A DNA stretch of 64,000 nucleotides. Source: Octopus vulgaris. Lineage: Eukaryota. The translations under genes and the position numbers were made by a program. The notes beneath the pieces are model-generated. The model was not told the origin of the DNA, did no database searches, and saw only the letters and a program-made list of their open reading frames with translations. The stretch is from the NCBI GenBank assembly GCA_951406725.2, contig OX597818.1, positions 112,468,001 to 112,532,000 of the forward strand, read 5' to 3'. Positions 1 to 11,796 of this stretch are shown in pieces. Each line of letters opens with the position of its first letter. Position 1 is the first letter of the stretch.

Positions 1-602
1 ACTCATCACAAAAGTATTATTTGAAGTTAGTGAACATTTTTCTGTAGAATCTGTTGTCTTCTTCGGACATACTTTAAGAATATTAATTGTGTTTTAGCTT
101 ATTTAAATTTCTTAATATCATATCTGCGATTATTTTCCAATGCTTGGAAATTCTGAATACCGGGTTTAAATGTTTCAGGATATTCGCTAGTCAGTGACCC
201 CTTTCTTATATTCTACCAACAGACTAGCGAGTCAGTCACAGTGTCGTTTTAGGTGCCTACTTCCGTCTCGTATGCCTTCATTTTCTCTATCTTTATATAA
301 CGTATATTCCGCAACATGAAGGATAGTCTACATTAAAGTTTCGAAATCCCGTACAGTCATGTGTAAGTCTGTGTATTCTTATCCAAAATGGAAACAAATA
401 CCCAACGGTTGAACAAGAGTAAAGATACCGCCTTACATGAAAACATTGCTTCCTTTGTTAACCCAAAGGTAGAGAAAATTTATCCACCAATGCTATGTTG
501 AACACTCATTCTTCCTGTTCGAATAGAGTGTATATATACATGTGTACGTATGTGTATGTACGTGCGTGTGCGTATGTGTGTGCGTGCGCATGTATGTATA
601 TA

Positions 603-839
603 CAGGGTTGGCTAAATGTCATCCAACAGTAAATCAAAATTCCATTTTTACTTAATATTCAATTTATTTATTCATCTTAATTATGAATGTTTAATAATTG
701 AATGCTGTGAGCTAAATCACCGTTTGTTCTTCAACATTTGTCAACTTATTGGCGAAGTCTCACATAAAATAATGTTTTTGTTTTAATCTTGGAATGAAAT
801 GGGTTTAATCAACTATCAGGTGACTTTTGGCCAAACCTG
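603..839. mobile_element. MITE with ~22-bp imperfect terminal inverted repeats and TA target duplication (Tc1/mariner-type, non-autonomous)
   Basis: Left end ta|CAGGGTTGGCTAAATGTCATCC; right end reverse-complements to ta|CAGGTTTGGCCAAAAGTCACC; AT-rich non-coding interior; TA on both sides. Confidence 0.7.
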
Positions 840-1479
840 TATTCTTTTATTCTTTTACATGTTTCAGTCATTTGACTGTGGCCATGCTGGAGCACAACCT
901 GCATAGATTATTTAGATTGTAGTTATTTCCAGTTTAAAAGACAGACCTATGCAGTTCTGGTCATGGAATAGAAATGAACCTGCAAGTACAAACGCACATC
1001 TTAAAATATCTTTGTTAAGCTGTACTTTGTGTCTGCACTTTTACCTACAGAGATGAGGAAAACCACGCTCTGTGCCACGGATGGGCAACGGACTGCTGAT
1101 AAACACAGAGCAAATATCGCATCTTGATACGCATAGCGAATATGATCTGTTGAAGAAGTTCTTTCTATGTCGAACGAGCTTTGTATGTATCACATACATC
1201 ACACGGCAGTGCTATACCTACTTCTGGGATTTCTGAACTACCTTAAATATTATCTTAGATTTCATATTTATGTTTCTTTTATCATTCTTACTCGTATTAG
1301 TCATTAGATTGCGTCATTGTTGGGGCACCACCTTGAATCTAGTGATTTAACTGCAGTATTTGTTTTATTTGTACGCCTGCCACTTAGTCTATCTTTCTCC
1401 TCCGCTGAACTAATAGGCTGTCAATTGGTGGTAGGGAAGAAACACAGACACAAGCACACCCACACACTCACAAGCAAAT

Positions 1480-1512
<33 letters not shown>

Positions 1513-1599
1513 TATAATAATAACAGTTTAATAAATAAAACATATGCATACATACATATATGTACATACCTACATCTATATGTATATATACATGCATAT

Positions 1600-1762
1600 A
1601 GGTATACAGGACACCACAAATAAACGTAGAACACAACGAGATACAAAAACATAAAAACAAACAAGGAAATGGACTTTTTTTACAACGAAAAAACAGAGTA
1701 CAAGACAAACAATACAAGGAATATTCCCCTTCATCAGCTGCCCCTGTTTCGACTCAATGCGT

Positions 1763-1765
<3 letters not shown>
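1600..1765 (-). repeat. Dispersed repeat, probable Penelope pseudo-LTR fragment (same family as 9185-9440 and 34400-34700)
   Basis: Shared motifs acaggac(a/g)ycac..., acaagacaa(a/g)caa...ccc(t)tcatc(a/t)g in three copies; minus strand reads CTGATGAAGGGG; lies next to (TA)n. Confidence 0.5.
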
Positions 1766-1803
<38 letters not shown>

Positions 1804-1804
<1 letters not shown>

Positions 1805-2160
1805 TCTCTTTTACTCTTTTACTCTTTTACACTTTTACTTGTTTCAGTCATTCGACTGCCGCCATGCTGGAGCGCCAGCTTTAGTTTAGCAAATCGACCC
1901 CAGGATTTATTCTTTGTAAGCCTAGTACTTATTTTATCGGTCTCTTTTGCCGAACCGCTAAGTTACGGGGACGTAAACACACCAGCATCTTTTGTCAAGC
2001 GATGTTGGGAGAACAAACATACACGCACAAACACACTCACATATACGACGGGATTCTTTCAGTTTCCGTCTACTAAATCTACTTACAATGTCTCGGTCGG
2101 CCGAGGCTATAGCAGAAGACACTTGCCGAATGTGCCACACAGTGGGACTGAAACCTAAAC
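1804..2160 (-). mobile_element. tRNA-derived SINE, family A (abundant, with internal microsatellite)
   Basis: Reverse complement matches 19056-19505 throughout (ttcagtcccactg head, ggaaactgaaagaa core, gctccagcatggc...gactgaaacaagtaaaag tail). Confidence 0.9.
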
Positions 2161-2445
2161 TATATGGCCACTCCTGCGCATCCACACAGCCACAATTGTG
2201 CCTCTACACAGCCAGTTCTGCGCCTCCACACAGCCACTCCTGCGATTCCATGTAGCCACACCTGTGACTCCACACAGCCACTCCTGCCCCTCCACACAGC
2301 CACTCCTGTGCTTCCAGACAGCCACTCTTGCGCCTCCACACAGCCAGCCCTGAGCGTCCAGACATCCACTCATGTGCTTCCACACAGCCAATCCTGCGCC
2401 TCCACACAGCCATTCCTGTGTCTCCACACAGCCTCTCTAGTGCCT
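2160..2445 (-). repeat. 22-bp minisatellite (~13 diverged units) made of the SINE-A 5' end
   Basis: Unit ccacacagccactcctgcgcct recurs at 22-nt spacing (2181, 2203, 2225...); it is the reverse complement of the SINE start aggcgcaggagtggctgtgtgg seen at 19055. Confidence 0.9.
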
Positions 2446-5400
2446 ATATATGTATAGGTTTATATGGAACGTCTCTTCTCAGATTTAATAAACAGATTAC
2501 GACCCTTCTAATCTTGACACATGTAATTAATATTTTTGTAGGGGAATTCACACTCTATCGATCCATGGTCAGTAGAGAGATCTGTGGATATCGGAAATTT
2601 TGTACTGCATGCATTATCTATATTATTTAAATTGCATTACGCTAATGGACTGCAGCGCTTGTCATTTATCTCCTAAAGAAGTTTAGTTTGTGTTGAACTT
2701 TATTCCAGAATGCCAAGCAGAAGATCTTCGTGGCTCTCATGAGATCAAAATATTGGTATCTGCTAGGTTTGGACACAACACACCACACTGAATTGATGTG
2801 GTCTCTTCTGGCTTCCAGCGCTATATCTTCCGTTTGCTTCCGAAGCTAAATATTTTATCTATACATTTAGATACAAATCTATGTATGTATCTTTCAGTAA
2901 ATATCTTCAGTCTCCTATTATTCTCTCTCTCTTTCTCTATTTCTTTATAACACATATATTTATTCATTTATACATACACGCACTTATATATATATGTGTT
3001 CCTTTCATGTGTGTTTGTGTGAAGTTGTGCGCTTGTGTCTGTGAGCGTACTCTGTGTTTCGTGCTTGGATCAAACTAAAAATATCTCACGGTGTTTGGTT
3101 TCGTATGGGTTACGCCACTTTAGCTCTAGTTCAGCTTCACTTCACTTACAAGATCGATAATATAATTAACATACAAAGTACTGAAGCGATGCCCTCTACT
3201 TTCGACACTGTGACCACAATGGTTGATGTCCAATTAACGAAAAACTACTGCAACGGAAAATCACAAAGAAAAACGACACATACTTATACATAAAGAAACA
3301 CATAGATACATACACACATGCATACATACACATGCATACACACAAATATCTATCTATTTACCTACGTGTGTGTGTGTGTACGTACACGTGTGTGTGTATT
3401 TATGTGTGTGTGTGTGTAAATTTACCAGCATAGGGTGGGGGAGACCTCACCGATTTGGCCGTAACTTTGAAGTGGGAGCCAACCCCCGCTTCTTAATTGT
3501 TTATGATATATATCTTTATACCAGAATGCACACTTGTATATGTGCCTGCGTGTTTGTGTATGTGTGTGTGTGTATGATGTGAATAGTTAACTTGGTTAGG
3601 GTGCAGGTCTCCTCGACTCTGTGCGAGGTTAATCGAAGCCCACATTACTCTGTTGATAAATTCCCAGTCAGAGCCCCGTCTAATGTGACGGCTACGTCGC
3701 CATTTGTAAAATATTTTACTACCTGATATTTTCTGCGATGAATCTAATGTAACATTGCGACATTTTGGCCGTTTCCTATTTAATACATTTCTCTGCATGA
3801 TTATCTTTCCTCTTGGGAAGTAGATAAAAACAGAATAATGTTTATATCTGGTAGAATATAAGGAAACGATACAAGAGTTCTTCTCAAAGTTATTTTCTTC
3901 ATGACCTTTGATCGGTATCTTTCAGATATTCTTCAAGTGTAGGCCAACCGTATTAATCGAACAATGCCTGATTCGGAAGAGTTCATGTGCAGACATGATT
4001 GAATCAAACACCGTTTTGGCAGTAAATAAAACGCTTAGAATATTCGCAGCCTCGAAGTAATGTTTCAACGTTCAGCCTTCCGTTATCAAATTGTTCTGCA
4101 GTTACTTAGTTTAATGAATATAAGTGTTTAACTATGAACTATTGTGTGTGGCAGTTCAGGTTGCGGGCGTAAGTTCAATCCATACGTCTCTCAATGTGTA
4201 TTCTGATTGAAACGAAACGAACAAATAGGGCTATGTACTTGGTATAGGCCGAGTTCCGAGACAGACATTACAGTAGCAGAGGCTATGTAACTATAATAAA
4301 AATGTAGCAGGGCACAGTTTTGAATATACCAGTGTGCAATCCGAGAGACGTTAGAGGAAATGATCTTTCTAATCTAGTCGAAGTATCTGCACAATTGTAT
4401 CTGATGAAAACACCGATGATGTATGAATTCAAGAAATCATATGTACTTGCCAAAAGTAATCTATAATCCTCAAACAATAACAGAATGAAATGAGGCAAGA
4501 AAATTAATACCGAAACTTTAAAAGTAAGGGAACGAAAAAATACCTTAAAACTCCGAAAATCGGTGACAATTAGAGCATATATCAGCGCGTACGAAAACTG
4601 ACAAGGGAAGCCAGGATAAACTAATCTCTTCGAACATAACGAATGCAATCATATAGAAAATTGTCAGCCAAAATTAGAGAAAAAACATTAACAAAGGCCA
4701 GATTTAACAAAAATCGCAATAGAACGGGTAGAAAAAAAACATGCAGAATATCGGACTGTGGTATATTTTAAAACGTGTCAGAATTGTCAGCTGTCAAGGT
4801 AACACTTCAAAATTTAAATATTTTTTTACTACACATTTGAAAAATTAATTTATGGGCTAACAATTTCAAGATGCACAAAAATCCCACAGAAAAATGAGTT
4901 ATCCTGAAGGGAGCACATTGCAATGCAAGATAAATCTCAAATTTGAATACCGATGTGAAGAGAGTTGGCACCAAGTGCCGGCATGAAACAGCTAAATATT
5001 AGAATTTTCCTATTATATAAACGTTCGAATGGTACATTTTAAACAACAGCACACCATGAGAGAAACAGAGTCCTTAACCAAATACCGACATTGTCTTAGA
5101 CACTGGTGGAGTGAAACGATTACCGTTATTAATGGTCTCATTACTGTTGCTTCTATAACTACAACTGCTGCTATGGCTACAAATCCCTCTCTTGGCGTTA
5201 AAGGAAAGTAATGAACTACTCCTATAACATCTACTGTCCCTACACCTTTAAATATTTCTATTAAAAGCTCTATAAAAATGTATGTTACAATTATCAACTT
5301 CACCTTACGAACTAGAATTTAATATCATAACTGCCACCAGTTACGCTATCCTCAGAAGGAAAACAACAACACGACCTTGTGAACTTGGTGCAAAAGATGA

Positions 5401-5669
5401 GAGCTTTCAAAACTTCTATGATGAAAAATGACTTAAATTGAATTATTTTTCCATTTATTATTGTATGACTAAAACGTATTAAACAATTTAATTTCGTCAG
5501 TATTTTGATAAAATTCAAAATATTTTCCTCCCTCCGTTCAAAATAGCATTTTCTGGTGTTAGACACGGTCTTGCAGCTCGTTGAAATCTGTCATACAGTT
5601 CAACCCATTTCAGTATGGCGAGCACATGTGAAATGTCGATGAGGATGATGGCTTATATCCTATACGCCA

Positions 5670-5730
5670 AGGAAACCGTGAAACCGACCCTATGAGCCAG
5701 GTGTGGCTCGAGAAGGGACAAACAAACAAC
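5670..5730 (+). repeat. Probable retroposon 3'-tail fragment
   Basis: ggaaacc...ccctatGAGCCAggtgTGGCTCgagaagg hairpin followed by an (acaa)n tail. Confidence 0.35.
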
Positions 5731-6859
5731 ATACATATATACATACATGCATATACATAAATACATAGACATACATATACATACAACATACATACACACA
5801 CACCCACACATATATATCTTCTCTCAAGCACACGCACACATTTATATACGTAGCTACGTGGGTGTATGCAGGCGTTTGTGAGAGAGAGTGGGAGAAAGAT
5901 GGATCTGCTTTGCGTGCATAAATTTTCGTCCATATATTGCGTTTTAGGAGTTTATAAAACAGGAATATTGCAGAGCTACAAAGGATCAAGAATACGAAGT
6001 ATATTATTCAAATTTTATATGGGTATATGAGAACTCATTTGTAAAATAACGATTAGAATAATTAGCTATTGAAACGTGTATGTAAAATAATTTTCCAATG
6101 TGAATATGCATATGCACGAATATTGTGAACAGCCAAAGCTAAATATATTTTTCAGTTTATATTCCATAACCACGATAAGAATATATAATGAGATCGGATT
6201 ATTCTTTCTCCTGATATATATGCTAATGTGCCTTCTACTTTGCATTCATATCTTTCCTTGCTCGCATTTTTATCATAAATATCAATGGATATATAAGAAC
6301 ATATATTAATGACGCCAACTTCGATTCTCTCCGCAAAAGGGTAAGTCATTTGTGTACTGGCTTGCAATTAACAATGGGTGTGAAACATAGATTGAAAACA
6401 GTATATATTTGTATGTGAAGTAAGGGGAGATATAGCGTGTGGTATTGAATATATGGCATTTAATAATCGAAAATGATGTAGAAATTCACATCGTAAAAAT
6501 ATTCATTAATATATAAATGGTATTAAAGATGCAAATTAATTCTGCTTCAAAGTTATATGTAACAATAATTCATACAGCTTTAAATTGGATCATTTTCGTT
6601 CTGTTGAAGTGGAAAATCTAATTCATTGTATCGTTTTCGTTTCTAATCATTCAATTTTTCCCCAAAATACCCCGTGCGGTGGCCTACTATCAGTCGTGTT
6701 AATTTTCTCTGTTCCCCACTCGAGGATCCTAGAAGTCATTCGATATGCTTAAGCTCCAGAGAATATAATCAAAGACATAACTGATATGACTTCATCCTGT
6801 GCCTTTATCTTGAAGTAACTTGAGACTGTACACAAGCAGTAGTAGCCTTGACCTGGTTT

Positions 6860-7185
6860 TCAAAGGTTATGGGTTTGGATTTTGCTCTGAATAAATGTGG
6901 GAATAAATGCCTTAACTGTTCCGGATTTGAGAACATTTAAATCCTTGATGGGACATGTGAGAGGTACCTAGCAGTAGATAAAAACATGTATTACGATGAT
7001 ACCTGTAACAAGGAATGAGTCGTTAAAGAATATAACAGTCGAATAAGAAAGTAGGGCTCTTAGAACTTCCAGTATCCAATAAGACAGGGACTCACTACGT
7101 GATTGCAGTACCAGTACACTAACCAACATTTAAGCTGCTTGACTGGACCGAGTTATTGGTGTAAAAACCCGAAGTATACTGATCA
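6860..7185 (+). pseudogene. Degenerate R4/Dong-like non-LTR retrotransposon RT C-terminal fragment
   Basis: Manual translation across stops and frameshifts: GLDFALNKC ... RYLAVDKNMYYDDTCNKE*VVKEYNSRIRK ... ELPVSNKTGTHYVIAVPV..TFKLLDWT ... IGVKTRSIL, resembling the G.EFG..KC / YKYLG / KEY..R.RK..SEL...NK..A.PV...FG..DWT...D.KTRK pattern. Confidence 0.6.
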
Positions 7186-7189
7186 GCAA

Positions 7190-7490
7190 ATATAATCTTC
7201 ATATTTACATTTTGCAGGATGTTGTGACTTCAGCGGCGGATACGTTTTACTGGTCATGTGCTTCGATTATCGGAGGAGAGAAATGCTACCATCACGATGG
7301 AGTGATTGGAAGAAGGAGGCAAGAAGTCGAGAGGAAGACTAAAAAGAGAAGTAGTGTTGTACTTTCCGAGGCGATATGGTAGCAGTCTAAGTTGGACGGG
7401 TGAAGCCAGTAGGGAAGTGGTCGGGGCGCTTGTAGAATGTTCGTTTCCTGTTGTGCCGACAGCACTGGATGATCCAAGTGCTAAGAGAAC
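7190..7490 (+). pseudogene. Old RTE-like LINE 3' ORF remnant
   Basis: Frame from 7231 reads QRRIRFTGHVLRLSEERNATITME*LEEGGKKSRGRLKR, matching the RR.R..GH..R / G.R.RGRP C-terminal motif. Confidence 0.65.
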
Positions 7491-8093
7491 TAATAGAGAT
7501 GAATGTAGTAATGACAAGAGGCTAATTAACAGAGAAAGGACATTGAGAAGCAGAAGATATCCGCAATCAAATCACTATATTCGCTGGAGAGAGAGAATTT
7601 CCAGGTATCAGTATTTAAAGAAAGACTTCACCTTAACTTCTCTGAATGACTAAAGAAATCACAATTCGAAAGGATGAGCTGTGGGAGTTAGTGGAGAATC
7701 CCTGGCTGAAATGTTAACTGACATATTTTTGTACTCATTACGTAACTGTTTAATCGTTTATTAGCATGGACATAACTCAATATATTTCATTATGCCAATG
7801 ACTATAGTTATATGTGTGTTTATCATGCTTTTAGGTGAAGGCATGTTTCTAAGAATCTCCGACTCAAACCACATTGCATCATCCGTATTATTCCCAGGCT
7901 AATCATTTCTATGCATTTAAAACTTTTGTGAAATGATATACCCATCAATTTAATGGATTTGAGAAAACCAACATGAGTTGGTACGGGCACCAACTCTCTG
8001 GATGCATTGCTTCTTGTAGCAGAAACAGATTTAATCTAATTAGGTTAATTAGGTAATTCCACTTGTCTAGTCATTACACACAGACACGGACAG

Positions 8094-8146
<53 letters not shown>

Positions 8147-8394
8147 CACACGCACATATATGTATATGTGCGCCATGGTCTTCTTTCTTGGCCTGAGTGC
8201 CGACCACCAACACCTCTTATGTCCATCTCCCAATTTCCTGCCTTTAGGCTTTCACTTCATACACGTCAGCTCAATTTGAGTCGTTCGCAGTCGAAACACA
8301 CCTTGTTATTTCTTGTTGTTTGTATTCGTAATTGTGTACCATGTTCTTCGTTTTTGTTTGTTTGTTTGTATCGTTGTTGCCGTACACATTCGCT

Positions 8395-8720
8395 AGCTTT
8401 CTTACAAAGGGGTCTAGATAGACTAGGAAAGAAAACGATCAGGAATGTAGCCTGCGTGAAGTGAGTTTCTCCAGAGATCAGAAAGAAGGGGTGCAAGTTA
8501 ATGTCGACACATCTTCAGGACAGTGGGGGCCGGGAACTTATCGGGACTTAGTGCGGAGTTGTGCTTGACTTTATTTCTTTCTTTTAGGATATCAGGAGCA
8601 CCAAAAGTTATGTCAGATATGGTTAGCTGAGGGCTTACATCAGTGAGAGTAGTCAGATCAACCGCATTAGCGTTACTGAAAACAGAGCAATATTGACTCG
8701 GCAGTATCTCGCACATTGAT
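8395..8720 (-). pseudogene. CR1/Jockey-group LINE ORF2 fragment (region just before RT)
   Basis: ORF 8498-8716 has EIL..QY.SVFS ... ISDITF..DI ... NSALSPDKFPA..LKMC, and the sequence continues as APLLSDLWRNSLHAGYIP (GPDG / PL..LWR.SL..G.IP motif). Confidence 0.65.
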
Positions 8721-9069
8721 ATGTATCATCATGTAGAGTGTTGTTCTCATCAACCAGAGAACCAACTTTGGAAACAGCGTCTTTATGACACTTAAATGGA
8801 TGCGTTGCTGCTGGCAGGATTTAAGTTGGTTGATTTTCTTGCTAATTTTTTTTTTCTGATAATCGCTCTTCTATTTCTAGGGATTCTGCACTTAGATTTG
8901 TATACCGATCTTAATGGAGAATGTTTTGCACATATATTTGTTACAGTATCTACAGATGTCTGACATACTGTGTTTATCTTTTACTGAAACAGGTAAAATA
9001 TTAAATGAAATCATGTTTGTCAGTATAAATGCGAATAAAGATGTATAAATATATATGTATAATAATACA

Positions 9070-9114
<45 letters not shown>

Positions 9115-9184
9115 TATATATATGCATATATACATACGTATACGTACGCACTTACATGTATAGGTATATGCATATGCCTATGTG

Positions 9185-9440
9185 GGTACAGGACATCACA
9201 AAACATAACCAACAAATAATACGAAGTACGAAGACATGGAAGAAGGACTTCCGTTCCAAGCAACGAAAGAAACAAATGGAAAACAAGACAAGCAACACAA
9301 GGAACAACCCTTCATCTGTTGTCGGCTGTTTTTCTAATTCGTATTTCGAGCAATTCACGACAAGATACATCTTCGAGAAACAGTTGCTTCCGCAAAGCAA
9401 ATTAAATAAAATTTGCGAACTTGCGGAGGATCAAGATTGG
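9185..9440 (-). repeat. Dispersed repeat, probable Penelope pseudo-LTR fragment
   Basis: Aligns by eye with 34400-34650 (ttcatc.gttgt.ggctgtttttctaatt.cgtatttcgagca...gcaaagcaaatta.ataaaattt). Confidence 0.55.
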
Positions 9441-9814
9441 TGGTATATATTTATATGTTATATTTATATTTAACAACATGTTGGAGGTTGGTAATCAATA
9501 CATTATTTAGCTACATCTGGATACGTGAAGGTTCCTTTTCGATAATATGTTCATCTGTAGTTTCCAACAAAATAAAAGAAAAATAAGGGAAGAGAATAGA
9601 AGAAGGGAAAAAGGAAGCTGTACGTATAATATGTAACTTAGAAGCAGCGATACAGATGTACCAGCACACACGAGATCGAGACATAGCCGACCTCACAACC
9701 TTCTCATGAGGAATTCCGGAAGGAGCATCGTGAAACCACTGCTGAGACGCTTCCAAAGAATGAAAAAAGAAAAGCCGTTAGAAAACCGATTATAGATATT
9801 CGTCAGAAAACCGA

Positions 9815-9851
9815 ATATCTGAAGAAGGAATATTATTTCGAAATGTCATAT
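9815..9851 (+). ncRNA. Minimal type-I hammerhead ribozyme motif
   Basis: atat-CTGAAGA-A-GGAAT att ATTTC-GAA-AT GT-C-atat: stem I ATAT/ATAT, stem II GGAAT/ATTTC, loopless stem III (ATGT, one change from palindromic ACGT), GUC triplet. Confidence 0.6.
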
Positions 9852-10104
9852 CAGACTATGGATGACTAAATTACAACAGGTATGTCTATTATATTGTCTC
9901 TATTACAGTGCATTGTTGTATAATTCAAAACGTTTTATTTTTTATATTTATATGCATATTTATATGTATATAGGCACATACACACACACACACGCTATCA
10001 CATACACATAGATACACAGTTACCAACCATTCTCCCCCCCATCCCCCAGAAAGCACTTTATCTTTGCCCTTCTAATTTCGGACATTCCAAAAGTAAAACT
10101 ACAC

Positions 10105-10320
10105 GTGGAGTCTTGGCTATTTTCTTTCTCCTTCTTCCTCTTCCTTTGGACTTTCGTATGTCTCCTCTTCCCGAAGAAGAGTTATGCTCGAAACGTAAAA
10201 CAACCACTCTTTTCCTTCTCTCAGCGTCTTATTAATACTTTGCATGTGCTACGTGTTCGCCTTACACTGTCTTACACTGTATTTTTCACGTTGTCTATTT
10301 CTCCGTTCTTTAAATTTACT
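10105..10320 (+). repeat. Pseudo-LTR-like repeat with degenerate hammerhead core at 10171-10197
   Basis: CCGAAGA-A-GAGT tat GCTC-GAA-ACGT-A; related to 11545-11725, 50765-50940 and 60745-60885; ends in (TA)n. Confidence 0.5.
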
Positions 10321-10341
10321 ATATATATATATATGTATATA

Positions 10342-10387
<46 letters not shown>

Positions 10388-10396
10388 CATATACAT

Positions 10397-10469
<73 letters not shown>

Positions 10470-11037
10470 TATATACATATATACATATGCATGTATACAT
10501 GTATACACATACATATTTACATATACATATACACTTTTAATATCTCTATCGAATACAGAGTTTTATTTTCCTTTTCACAATATTTCTTACATTCGTCGAA
10601 AATATGAATAGAAATTGGAATTACATCTATTGGAACTTTATATCCGACGATATGCTTTAGGACATCAAACGGAGTTGTACACTCTTCTCACAGTATTCTT
10701 CTTATATTCTTCAAACTGGGTACATCGAAAACAGTATTGTTATTTCTTTGAAAAGAAAAAATATATAATATGAATGTCATTCACACAATGCTTTATAAAA
10801 TTATCAAATATATTTCAAAATAAATTATTTTAGTTTCACACAATAACTTTAACTTGCCCCAATTCTACGACGAATGAAATATAATATCACTGCAGAAAGT
10901 AAGTTATAATTCGGGAATGAATAGTTGTATATTATTTTCGAAATTCTCCATTTAAAATGAAGAATATGTTAATAATTTTTATAATAGAAATCAATGCAAT
11001 ACCAAGTGGATATATACTTACTTATAAATATATATAG

Positions 11038-11330
11038 GAGCACTCCGTCGGTTGCGACGACGAGGGTCCCAGCTGATACGACCAACAGAAGTGCTTTGCC
11101 CGTGAAATTAACGTGCAAGTGGCTGAACACTCCACCAACACGTATACTCTAAACGTAGTTCTCGGGGAGATTTGAAATTCAGGTACGACTCATTTTTGGC
11201 AGCTGAGTGGTTTGGAGCAACGTGAAATAAAGTGTCTTGCTCAAGGACACAACGAGCCGCTGGGAATTGAACTTACGACCTTACGATCATGAGCCGAATG
11301 CCCCTAACCACTAAGCTACGCGTCTTCACT
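11038..11330 (-). mobile_element. tRNA-derived SINE, group B (head type 1 + tail type 1)
   Basis: Minus-strand head tagcttagtggttagggcattcgg...gtaagttcaattcc (A/B boxes); core shared with 20790-20932; tail shared with 28700-28810. Confidence 0.85.
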
Positions 11331-11387
11331 ATATAGATATATATAGGCGCATGATATATATACATATATATATACACACACACACAC

Positions 11388-11434
<47 letters not shown>

Positions 11435-11459
11435 GTATATATGTATATATGTATATGTA

Positions 11460-11544
<85 letters not shown>

Positions 11545-11545
<1 letters not shown>

Positions 11546-11722
11546 AGCCCCTACACGCAATTTTTTCTCTTCTTGTTTCTTTTCTGTGTATCTTTCTGTC
11601 GAAGAGCGTAGGGTCGAAACATAATAAACTTGTGTTATTTCTATTCCTGAGCGCCATACTAATACATTATTTGTTTGTACTCCACCTGCCTTCGTCTTTT
11701 GTTTATTTTCGTAAGCCTTCCG

Positions 11723-11725
<3 letters not shown>
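11545..11725 (+). repeat. Pseudo-LTR-like module between (TA)n tracts with degenerate hammerhead core
   Basis: ctttCTGTCGA-A-GAGC gtag GGTC-GAAACATA; downstream part is nearly identical to 49015-49101. Confidence 0.55.
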
Positions 11726-11791
<66 letters not shown>

Positions 11792-11796
11792 TATAT

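Noticed and set aside
1700-1760. Hammerhead in the 1600/9185/34400 repeat family
   Set aside because: CTGATGA is followed by a hairpin but no GAAA; the GAAA lies upstream without matching stems, so no complete fold could be built.
2155-2457. CRISPR-like array or repetitive Cys/Trp-rich protein
   Set aside because: Head-to-tail 22-bp units with no unique spacers, no cas genes and a eukaryotic context; the unit is the SINE 5' end, and 22 is not a multiple of 3.
3600-3726. Frame containing APSNVTAT, like a fibronectin type III start
   Set aside because: Stops within 10 codons, with no convincing splice sites or further FN3 residues.
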